A DNA stretch of 64,000 nucleotides from Amphiscolops sp. MND2022 (Eukaryota): positions 23,126,001 to 23,190,000 of the forward strand of contig OZ076418.1 of the NCBI GenBank assembly GCA_964187785.1, in the 5' to 3' direction. Both the position numbers and the translations under genes were made by a program. A model generated the notes under the pieces. The model searched no databases. It was given only the letters and a program-made list of their open reading frames with translations, and was not told where the DNA came from. Positions within the stretch are counted from its first letter, which is position 1, and each line of letters opens with the position of its first letter. This document shows, one piece after another, positions 15,901-27,900 of the stretch.

Positions 15901-18900
15901 GACAAGACGCCATCTGTGCACCGGGATATTTTTCGCCCTGATTATTATTAGCAACAGAAAAATTCTAATGCTCGAGCGTAGCGAATAAACTTAGGCAAAC
16001 TAAACGGCTCAAAACTAACCTCAATGTTTCTGAAGAAAATTGCTAGTTTCGATTTCACTTTTGAATTTTTGTTCAAAAACACTCAGATTCCTCTTCTTAA
16101 AAGGTATGCTAGAAGCGTTGATCTACAGATGAAATATCTCTAAATAGAAAGCTACTATTTCAGCAGCTTTGAGTTTCAGCCTATAATTTCAAGTATTTTT
16201 GTCAGGAAAAGGTCTTCGACTGATTCCGAATTAGTATTATTCAATATTCTCGAACTGGATTTTTACATTTTTTGATGCTTTAGAAATGCAAAGAGTTGCG
16301 ACTATTTTTAATAAAAAGTGAGAAACTAGAAAATATGGATTTGTACATCGAATAAGAGGGACAATAACTTTTAACAGAAGATTCACTGTTCTCCCGTGGA
16401 ATCACCTAATTGGTTCATGGCCATAAAAATGATTGAAACGAAATTGAATTTTAGTTGAACTGATTGAGGTGGTGGTTGTTTCTTCAAATTTACATTTACT
16501 TGACCAGTTTAGTTATTAGTTAAACTATAGTTTTATACTATAGTATAAAACAGCTCAGAGGCTAATTGTTTCGTCGTTAAACTCTAGATATTATTGCCAA
16601 CAAAAAAATCAAAAACTGTATAAAAGCCATGAAAAAGTCAACAAGGGAAGTTAATCACTCGTGTTACCATAAAATCACCTTTTAGAAACATTTTGACACT
16701 TTCAATTTTAGGTAACGTTTTTTTAAAGTTAAGATATCCTCATAACTATGTAGGCTAAAAGTTATTTTTTCGCCGTTGAATTCTGTACGAAAATCAATAA
16801 AACCTTCACAGTAAATGTTAGACTATGGCTGAATTAGAAAAAAATAGCCAGCCGAGAAATTATTTCTCTTCCCATAAAATCAGACAGTCCAAAAACTTCA
16901 TAGCTGAAACTATAACAGTCTATGGGTAGAGATGGAAGGGAAAAGAAGTGTCAAAACAAAAAAGAACGCACGATGAGTAAGTATCCGTTTCATTTTTAGG
17001 CCATTCATAACCAGGGAAACACTTTTCACTATAGAAAATTCAACAAGACGCCCGCTGAGCACCGGGATACTTTCCGCGACACGCTTATTGCAAAAAAAGT
17101 ATGGCGAAGGAGAGGTTCGAACCCACGACCGACTGGCTGAGAAACAAAAAAATTCAAGCACCAGCACGGGCTCGAACCCATGACCTCGTGTCTACCAGGC
17201 ACATTACAGTGCACAGGCAAGCTATTTTGCTGTAGGCAGACGCACTACACACTGGGCCACGGTGATTAAAATATGCAGTAATAAAGTGGAGTTTTGGCAG
17301 AATTTGTAAAAAAAAAACGCATCACAGATCATGATTTTCCTCTCCATTTATGTGGGCCGAAAATAAAAAGAAATCAATATAATAACACAGAGGCGAAGCG
17401 GTGCTTCGCAACACATGACGAAGACAACGATTATTATTAATATGCGTATGTATATTATTTTAATCGCATGCGTATATATATTCAACAGTTCAACTTTATT
17501 CAATAACGTCCTTATGGCACAGTGGTTAACATTTATGCCGCGCAATCGGCTGCAGGTTCGAATCTCTCTGGGGTTTTGGCTTTTCTCTAAAAGGCGCTTA
17601 TTATGAAGTTGGCTATTGTGGAAAAAAACTTTCTTAGCTGGACTGCAATGCACATTGACTTCGTCATGTGCAAAAATAGGCCCCTCCGGGCCACACTATT
17701 ATTTCTGCTTTTCTCTTTCATTAATAATAGAATCATATCTTGAATACCAATAGACTCTTGTTTATTCATTATTTAGCGCACAATTACATGTAATCACTGT
17801 ACAAGTTTACACCGCCTTTAATTCTTCTCGGACTAAAGAAAATATAACTACTAAGCGTAGACGAAGTTTCGCATTCGCATTTGAATGCAGGCGAAACTCT
17901 CGGCGAACGAAGAATTAACACTCGTTCGCTTCATCTCAATAACTCGGCGTACGAATGCATAATTACCACTCGCTCGTTCCATCGCAGGAGAATTGAATTG
18001 TTGTCGGCAGCTTGAGAAATTTAATTCTCTCGCTTATAGCCACTGCCGAACAAAATATCTGAATTATTCAGTATCGCGACGAGAATTTTACTGAAAAAAG
18101 TAGACATCTTGAGGTTTCAATAATATTCCTGCTTTCGCAGAAATAATAATATGCATACCTGTCTAAACAGATAAACTTCTCTGAACTTCAGGGATATGCA
18201 GCGCTTCAAGTGTGGGTTCTCTATTTCCTCCCGGTTAGCAGCGTTGAGGAAGTCCAGAGCAAACTCCAGAGAAAACCGTTCCAAGTTTTTGAGCATAAAC
18301 AAGTTCCGGATATGTACATTTTGGATTGCGAAAACTTTGTCTCCGTCTGCAAACGCCTGAACGCAGAGAAGCAAGTCAAATAGAGGCTGAAATCTTGCTT
18401 CATTCACACTTTCCTGCTTCAACAGATTCATCATCATTGCCAGTTTCAAACTGAGATCTTTGGAGTTTTCCTCGTTTCTTAGAATTGTCTGGAGATTCGC
18501 GAAACACCGTTTGACAACTTTGGGGCACTTGGAACCCGACAGAAGCCCATGCTCGGAGATGGCACATAGCAACTTCTGGAAACTTTCCGGGTTGGAGCTG
18601 GAGCGTCCAGACAAAGGTTCCAGAATCTTCTCGGCCCAGACTTTGTAAACTTTGAATGAGTCAGACACCTGGCAGCAGTGTTGTTCTTGAAAACATGAAC
18701 AACTGCGCTACAGAATGTTCATAAAAGTTGACAAAAAATTTGGTGGCATATACCTCGAGTCTTAAATACCCGATTTTCCATGGATCACATGAGAAAAAAG
18801 GAAATCCTCAATCTATAAAAATCATGTCCGAGCAGTTCAATTCCCGACATTTCAGTCCAAAAGATACCTTCAATATAAAATGTTAAATACTTTCAATATA

Positions 18901-21900
18901 AAATGTTAAAGCTGTTTTGCGAGTTCCATATACTCTGGGGTTTCGAATAAAAGGGACGTTCAAATTAGAGGGAAGTCTCAGTTAGAGGGGGGTCCGAATT
19001 CAAAGACTTGAGAAAAAACTTGAAAGACAACGCTTACAGCTTGAAAAAACTTGAAAAAAGCTTGAAAAAGTATATGATAAACAGGAATGTGTATAGGCGA
19101 TAAGCAAGAAAATTCATTTTAAGCTAAATTGCTTTCTCGTAGACAAAATAGTCATCGTTCTCGATTAATTCCGGAGGCTTTGTCCCAAAAAACCAGCTCA
19201 TATATAGTGAAACTTCAGTCGGATGTCGGAAGTAGAAACGGGTTATTGATTTTTGGTCCAAATCATTACAAGGTCCACTTATTTGGACACAGAGGCGAAG
19301 CCGTGCTTCACAAACACTTGCGAAGAAAGTTGCGAACTTTTGAAGAAACCCAAATAAGCAATATCATACGGAGAGCCAAGGGTAAAAGGACATTATTAAA
19401 ATTTCATCAATTTTAAAAGCCAAAAAATCCCGAAGGGATACCCATAAATCTCGAAAACAATTCTTCTGCAACTGGAAACAACAGAAAACCCATCTTTCTC
19501 AACCGTAAACCTTAAAAAAACAGAAAATTGAGGAAAAAAAATTCGAAATTTTTCGAATTTTTTTGATGAAGGTCTCCGGCAAGTCGCATAGTGCCGAAAA
19601 CCTTGAGCAGTGCTTTATGCTCGCAAAACGTTTCGTTTCTAGTAAAAATTGAGGGGGCTTCGATGAAAACAAATTAGAAAAAAAGTCGCATAGAAAAAAA
19701 ACAGCGGTCTTTAAAAAAAACAAAAATCGGATATAGCGTGCTGGGCCTGAGAAAACCTAATTTTAAGACAAAAATTATTTGATTTGAAAAATCTCACAAT
19801 GCCGAAAACTGTAAAAGGGGGGCACTTTGAGATTTTTTTAACATCCATTCTGTTGCAAAATTTCAAAAAATTGAACCGAGACTTGAGAAAAATTTTGCAA
19901 AAAAAAACAAAAAATGAGAATTTTCAACAGTCTCATAGTGCCAAAAAATCTGAAAGAAGGGACCCTTTGGGATTTTTTAACATTCGTTCTGTTGCAAAAT
20001 ACCAAAAAAGGAAGGGAGGAATCTTTGGTGACATGAAAAAAATTGCGAAAAAAAAGTCACACAGCCGAAATAACATGCACAAAAAATTTTGGTCAAAGGC
20101 GAGACTCGAACCCACGTCCTTCTGCTTGGCAGACCTCAAATAATCCTAATTAACCTCTATCCCAAGTGCCAGAAGTTGCGACAAGTGCTGGAAGTTGGCC
20201 AACTGCCAGAAGATGCCACGGCCACAAATTCAGACTATGCGACTTGCGGTCTGAAACGAGAGAGTTGTCGCGCGGAAAAAAAAGCACCCGCACTCTCCCA
20301 TAACACTTGCTTATCGCAAGTGTGATCACCAGAGTAGTGCTGATTGAAATAATCAGTTAATTAACAGCCGGACAGATCCAACGAATTTCTCATCAATTTG
20401 AGACTCTAAAGATTGAGTCTGAATTATCTAAGACTGAAATATCGAGTCAAAATGAAAAATTTCTATTGTTCAGGGATTAACTAACCACATAATTACAACA
20501 AAATGGACATCAATATTTTTGGATACGGAATGCTTTTAATGAAAACATAATGGAAGTTTGGTATATTTAACACAAAGCAAAGTACATAACAAAAAATATC
20601 TTTTTGAGTAAATATGGAGTATTTTTATTTATTGCTACCGCATGGAAAACACTACTGCCTTGGAGTTGATGATATCTTGTAGGATGGACATGTAATCTAC
20701 AGTTGTCTTCCCTTGGATGGAAGCCGAAGTGCTAGAGGTCAAGGTGAAAGAGAAGCCGCGGCTAGTAGAGGTTCTCACTTCTCTATCTGTGCTCCCCGCA
20801 TGCTCAATCTCATGACACACATCTGTTACTTCGTGTATCATCTCAATCAAACGGCCTGGTACAAAAACCAAAATAAGATAAATTTTAGTGCATTATACAA
20901 TCTTATATTAGTCGACTTTGTATACACCAAGTGATATGAACCTTACATCAATCCTTGAATGCTTCATACAAGTCGTCATTTGAGATTTGAAAAACAATTG
21001 TAAGGTTGACTATTTTCGGCTGAAAATTTGTTCAACTAGTAAGTAACTAATAACTCAAAAAAGTGTTCACCAGATAGGGTTAATTTTCCGGAACGTAGCT
21101 TCTCGTTTTTTTTTGAACATGCAAACGATGTCAGACATTAGAATGTTTTATTCGACGAAGGCTTGATACAAAAAAATAACTCAACTTCGATAACTGTCAC
21201 ATCTAGAATTCTTGTTTGCAAACCGCGAAACTTGCTGTTTGTACTCAAGACGAATTTATGACTAACCAGAGCCACATATGCGGTAAAAGAGTCGGCTTGG
21301 GCCTTTTTCGTTCTGACTCGCTCGAATCAAAGTCATTCGATTTTGATAGATTGCACAAATAGGACTCTAATATGGTGTAGAATGACTGTAGAAAATTTCG
21401 TTCGAATCGTAAGAACAGTTTTTCAGAAAAATGAAAAAAGTCCAAAAAATTTGGCTACGTTTCTCACATCCTAGTCATACAATTTTGATGCGATTGCACA
21501 CGCAGGAGCACCTTTGGGTGCAAAATTTTAGGGAAATCGTATGGACAGTTTTATAGAAATTTGAAATTTTCATTGAAAGGTCGGGAGAAAAACGTCACGA
21601 TTGCATAAGTAGTCGAAATTTTTTCCGACTCCTAAAAATTGAAAGGTGAATTGGATTTTTATGTCATTTACCTTGTAAAAAAACGACTGAAATAGCTCAA
21701 ATGTTTAAACCGTACAGTACCTTGAACTTGGTTTTTGGAGGCCAGGTACTTTTTGATGCTGTCTTGCAGGGGGTAGGTTTTACAGAGACGCCTGTCGGGT
21801 CTCTCGCAGAGGTGCAGGCCGTCGAAGAAGAGCGACTCAACCACTGGGTCGGCACCGGGAGTCGTGACTCTGACAGTAGTGCCGCTCATGATATCCGCAA

Positions 21901-24900
21901 AACCAGCGATCGTGTTGAAGTCGTACTGTACCTACAGTTACAAAGTTCGGTTTATTACATGTTCAGTTGAAGTTCAGGAATACTACTGCGACTATTGTCT
22001 AAATCTAGATTTAGAAATTGAAATTCATGAACTTTCTGAAAACAAACTTTTCTTTCTGAAAACAACGTTTCATGCATTAATTGCTCGCTCATGTCGTCAA
22101 AAGTTTCAATGATTTCAAAACTTGTGTTCGGTGAGACATGAAAATCCATAAAGACGAGCATGAACATATCTTGCTTTCTGATATATTGACATCACAAAAA
22201 GTTTCCTATAAAAATTTCTATGCTCCGATACTTTAAAGCAGGGTTGTAAAAAACATTTACATTTAAATATATTCATATTTTTAAAAATATATATTAATTT
22301 TTCAACTCAAACAAACAAAATACATTATTTTTAATGTTGAATAATTCTTCAGAGGAAATACTTTGCATAGCTAGCATTGAAATGTTTAATCGCACTTCTA
22401 ATATTGTAGAGCGTCTCTTCAGTCGTGCAAAGCTGACACTTGACGATTGGAGAAAACGAGTGTTGCTAATGCATTTCGAACAAGTCTTCCTATTTGCTAA
22501 CAAAAGTTCATGGAACATCAAAAATGTTGATAACGTTGTTGCTGAAATTGGATAAATATATTTTTTCAAGAAAAATACCTATTTTTTAAGGGAGTCATAT
22601 TTATAAAAGTATTTTTCTTCCAAAATAAATTTAAAAATATATATTTTTTACAACTCTGCTTTAAAGCTAACTAGTATTTGGTTGTTCCGCACTTTCTAAT
22701 ACAGTTGAATCCCCCTAACCCGCATTGTTAGGGACTGAATAAAATGGTACGAAAAATGAGAAATACCAATTAACCGGATGGTATTACTTTGGTCGTCATT
22801 AATGGGGTCTCTGATAAATACGAATTAAACGAAGACACGCATTATCCGGATATGAATTAAGCGGAGTTGAATGTACTTTACCTTCCAACTATGGAATGTT
22901 TCGAAGTCATTGCAAACATCCACTTGATAGATGCCTTTGGACGCCAAAGCCTTGAGAGAGTTCATCTCTTCCGGTTCCAGGTAGTGCTCCAGGAAGTTTT
23001 TGAACAGGTCGAAGTTAGCGCCGCCCGAGATCCAACTGTAGTAGTTGGGGGAGGCACTCAGTCTGAAGTCCGACTCATACTTGTCCCACAGGTACTCTTG
23101 CAACAGCTGCGGCACTTTCACTCCCGTTCGACTGAACTGAACAAACTTCTGCAGCCAATCATTCTTCGAGTTCTCCACTTGTTCTCTCATCTCTTCTGGT
23201 TTGACGATCTAAACAACATAAACAAGTTGACAACATCACAGATGATTTTTATAGAAAAGGTTTGCGGCTAAATATGAGTAGTTCAATTCCTCATCTTGAT
23301 TGAAAGCAGTGCTTTGGAGTCAAGGCAACAGGAACTTGGAACAGTTGACTCACAGCAAGACAGTTCGAAAGCGTGATACCTCGAAAACTCACCGAATTTG
23401 ATAAGGTTTGCCAAGGGCTTGGTTCAAGCTTTTCAGCTGACACGAGAGTGGCGTGGTAAATGTACCAGCTAACTTATAATAACCAGAAGTTCGTCAGCAA
23501 CTTCGTCGTCGAGAATTACGTTATTCAAAAAATTGTCTCAAGCCTGCCTACTACGAATCGTAATTGATTAATTTCATACTGAATCACTAAACTGAATTAA
23601 TTGATTATTGCATGAATTAAAGAAACAATTAATTGTGCTATCAATGAGAAGTACTATCACTGATTATCAGTAACCGGAAAAAAAGTAAAAAAATACTGCT
23701 TTTCTGACTGGGGAGAAAAAAAAGGGACCCTATTAGCAGTAATTTAAAAAAAGTTTCAAAAGTTTAATTCTAGCTGTCTTGGGAAATAGTCGATTATCAT
23801 AGCTTTTGTACACATTGCTTCCACGTATATTTGATTTTTTGCGCAATTTTTAAACAACGTTTCAAGTGTATGTTGCTAAAATAGTTCAATATCTCGTTGC
23901 CCCGTGAGAATGATCACATAATTGAACAATTAAATTAATATCTCATAGTAAACACTTTTAATTTTAACAAGTCGCCCGCTAAGCACCGGGATATTTTCCG
24001 CCCTCATCGCCTTCGCCAACTGAGCCACAGATGTTTTGGGAGGGGGAATAGGATCTTCTTCCCGTCTTGAAATTTTAGATCTTATTCCCTTTAGATCTTA
24101 TTCCCTTTAGATCTTATTCCCTTTTTTGACTTTAGATGTTATTCCCCCTCTAAGCTATTTTAGTTACTTGACTATTTTAGTTGACTAGTAACTAAAATAG
24201 TCAAGTAACTAAGTGAAGATTGTAGAGACGAGTGGAGTTATGGCAGAATTTGGAAGAAAAAACGCATCACAGATCATGATTTTCCTCCCCCAAATAAATT
24301 TGTAGGGTCGGAAAATAATAAAAACGACAACAATTTCCAACGATGAGATCTCTGACGGCAAAACTTTCGGAGTTACTGATACGACGAATTTGCTCCCGAC
24401 GATATTGGTGACGGAGAAACATCTGGCGACAAAAATTATGCCGACCTTACTTATAGCATAACAAGTAATCAATAAATTTGAAAATTTTTTTGTGCCATCA
24501 GTGTTTGTCATGAGGTTGGTCCGAGCGGTGGACTATGAATTTTATAAAGAACATTTTGTATCGCTTTTATACTTCAGATTTAGCCTGGGTTATTTTCCTT
24601 TACTCAGAGTGAATAAAGTTTTGTTGAAGAAATTAGTTTTAATGTTGAAGAAAAGTTGAAGAGAAGTTACAACTGAGTAATATAATTTACAACAGTTAGA
24701 GCGAGTGTTCTTTAGATTGAGAAAGTTATCTTCTGGTCTTGTGTTTGACCACTTCGTCGTATCGTCATCCATCTCAGTGTTGTCAGCCTCTGATTGGTCC
24801 ACAACTTTTATTGGCTAAATACATTCTGTCTTCGAATTTTTGTAAATGTATCATGATTGTACCATGACACTCCCCACTTTTAAGAAAAAGGGGAACTGCC

Positions 24901-27900
24901 GGGTTGTAGTCCATGTCAGGGCGGAGATGGTGAAGTGGCATGAAACAAAAGAACGCAATGAATCCGTGAAACCAAGAAGAGCCAACACATATGCCCGAAA
25001 GGAAAAAATTAAAGAATACATATGACATAAGGGGGGGTGCCTCGAAAAGAAGAAAGAAAAGAAAAGAAAAGAGCATGTGAAGCATGCAATACAGAAAAGT
25101 TATGCTAAAAGTTACAAGGAGTGACTGTATGAAAAGAAGGCAGCAAATCAGTAAACAGTGAATCAATGTTGACTGAGTGAAGCAGAGGAAGAGCAACGTT
25201 GTTTGTTAACAAAACTTATGCTCGAGAGGGCACGTGGCAACATGTGCCAAGTGTAAGCTATGGTATTTGCTGAGCAAGAAAACGGGCTGCGATAGTCGCA
25301 GATAAAGCAAAAGAGGGGCCTTGTCGATGATTAACAGTGCAAAGAAGAAATAACAAAGGACGGAAAATTTTATTATTACAGTGATCGGTTAATCTGTGTA
25401 TAACAAACACGAAGAGAAAGGTATAACATAACCAAAGCGGAAAGTGTACAATGTCTCAAGAAAATAAATACATTGATAGCGGATGTGGATTACAGAGTAA
25501 GCAGTAAGAGGGGGCCAGAGTCAAATATGAAGCAATGACTCAAGAGGAAAAGACAATGAAATATACAACGAAGATACAAGCGGACAAATGATCGTCCAAA
25601 GGTCAGTGAGAAGAATATCGCACTGTGATCAGAAATTATTAAAGAAGCGGGTATATATTAATGAAAAACAGAACTGCTGAGAAGACACCAAAAGGAAGGG
25701 GTTACAATATCAGAGTAACAGAGCACAGAATGTTTTGAAAAAAAAAGATTGATGTTAGAATCTGACTGTGAAGCAGTCAGAGACTGTTTGAGTGGAGCGG
25801 TAAAAGTGACGAACAGAGTAACATGAAAGTACAATAGACATGTACTGAAAAGAACACACAGCACTCGAAAGTCCAAAAGGACGGGCGAAATGGCGCTATC
25901 AGAGAACGCCTTGATACATCAGAGGGGGATGGTTGTGTAATGTTGATCATTAGTTACATTTTCGTGGAGGAGACAACGATTTTGCCAACGAAAGTTGGGG
26001 TCAGTGCGGAGGATGTCCATATGGTGTGTGGGGACAGATAGCACTGGTTTTAGTGGTATTGTACGTTTGACGTTGTCTTTATCTTTGTAAACATGTTTAA
26101 AAGGCATGAATTTATGTAATTTATTACAACGAAGAAAAATGTACATGAATAAGAGATGTAACAACATAGATATTATAAAACTTGCTATACCTATTATTAT
26201 AGTGGATGTAAAAGGAGTTACGTGGCTAAGTTCGCGTCAAAAAGGAGTCAGATTTGACGGAGACGGCGAACTGAGGGAAAGGAAGGAGAAATTCCACATT
26301 AATAAACTTTTCAGCGAGCAATATTTTTTTGTTCTCATGAAAGATGATGCCTTTTTTCAAAGGACCATCAGAATCGTCGAAAGCAGCAATCGGCGATTGA
26401 GTAATGCCCAAATATGGAAGGAAGAGAAACAAAAAGGATATGCAAATCCCAAACATTCTGCGAGATGGTTCAGGGCAAAACGCGATGGGACGATGATCTT
26501 TAGAATTATTGGTATGTGGAGAAATTTGATTTATAACAATGTGATATTTCAAATTGAAAGTGCAAGTTTGTGAAAAGAAAATATCAAAGTTGAAATTCTT
26601 TTGTTCGAGTAGGTGGTGTGATCACAAGAAAGATTCAGAAGTCGAATGATCGACCAAAAATGGAAATCGTACGATATTAGGATGGACAAATGCGTAGTTT
26701 GCTATTTAAACCGGATGTTTGAGAAGTTTTGTCGAATCTTCAAGAAGCGAGACCAAGTTTCGTATTTGAGTTTGTGAATTATTCATTTAATAAGTAGTCG
26801 TCTTGTTTGAGTCTCATTGTTGCAGTCTTGTTGAGTATCATCAAAAGTCGTTTATCTACTACTAACTTCAAACGTAAGTGTGTTTAACATGTGTATTCGA
26901 GTTCTTCAGAGTCTGTCAAAATGAATTGCCCAATGGCAAAGTTTAAAGATTTTTTGTTGTGGTGTTGTCCTAAGGGGACATACGTTGAACGAGGGGGCGC
27001 CTCCTCTCGTTTACGAAGAGTCCCCGACCCGAGTGCTCGCTGCCACCCGCGACAGTGACAGAAGAGACCGGGGCCAGTCACGTTGGGGTATGGGTGAGCC
27101 TGATTTTATCAGTGCTCATCACAGTAGTGCTGTGCCTATGTTGTCGAGACTGCCGAAAACAACAGGCAGAGTTTGAAAAAGAAGAGAAAAAGGAAGAAAA
27201 AGAAAAGAAAAAGGAGATACCAAAAAGGGAAAAGAAAAAGAAGTCAGTCGGACTAAAAGCTAAAAGGGCATATGAACGGAAACAGAAGGAAAGACGGCTG
27301 AAGAAGACGAAATACTGAAAAGGCGAGAATAAAGGAAAAAAAAGGACAGTCAAACAGTTGTGGGGAACTAGAAGATAGAGAAAAAAGAAAAAAGAGAGAA
27401 AAAAACAAGAGAAAACGGTGAAGTCTCCAAAAAAGTAGATTACTAAAACTGTGTAGTTTGTATGAATTGTAAACAGTACGACTAAAAACGAAAGAAGGAA
27501 AAAAACACAAAAAAGAAAAAGAGAAAAAAAACAATTAAAAGAGACGAAAAAGAAGAAAAAAATAGTTACAGTAAAACAGTGAGAAAAAGTAAAAAGTTTG
27601 GCTGCAAAGTCTTTTGTTTGAGTTAGCAAGTAGTGAGAAGAAAGTAGCAGTGAAAAAAACATATGTTGGTTGTGGTCTAACGAAGTCGGTGGTTTGTATT
27701 TCAGATCGTCATAATGGAGAGATTTTTGCACGAAGCTATCGTGAAGTACTTGAATGATGGAGTGCTCGATACATCAGTATTGAAGACGTCAGAGAAGAGG
27801 GAGAAATTTAAGAAGGTGTGTCGCAGTCTGAAGGTGGAAAAGGGTGTGCTTATGTATAAGGGGAGAAGAAACGAGTTCTTGCCAGTTCCAACGCCAGAAC

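Noticed and set aside
17100-17575. Functional tRNA genes
   Set aside because: Only A/B boxes and partial arms are present, with no complete acceptor stem or cloverleaf; treated as SINE-like fragments.
26106-26573. 155-aa plus-strand ORF
   Set aside because: Overlaps the env-like sense ORF on the opposite strand and has no recognisable motif; most likely an antisense shadow.
27078-27731. 217-aa Phe-rich minus-strand ORF (and 27253-27534)
   Set aside because: Shadow of an A/G-rich low-complexity tract on the plus strand.
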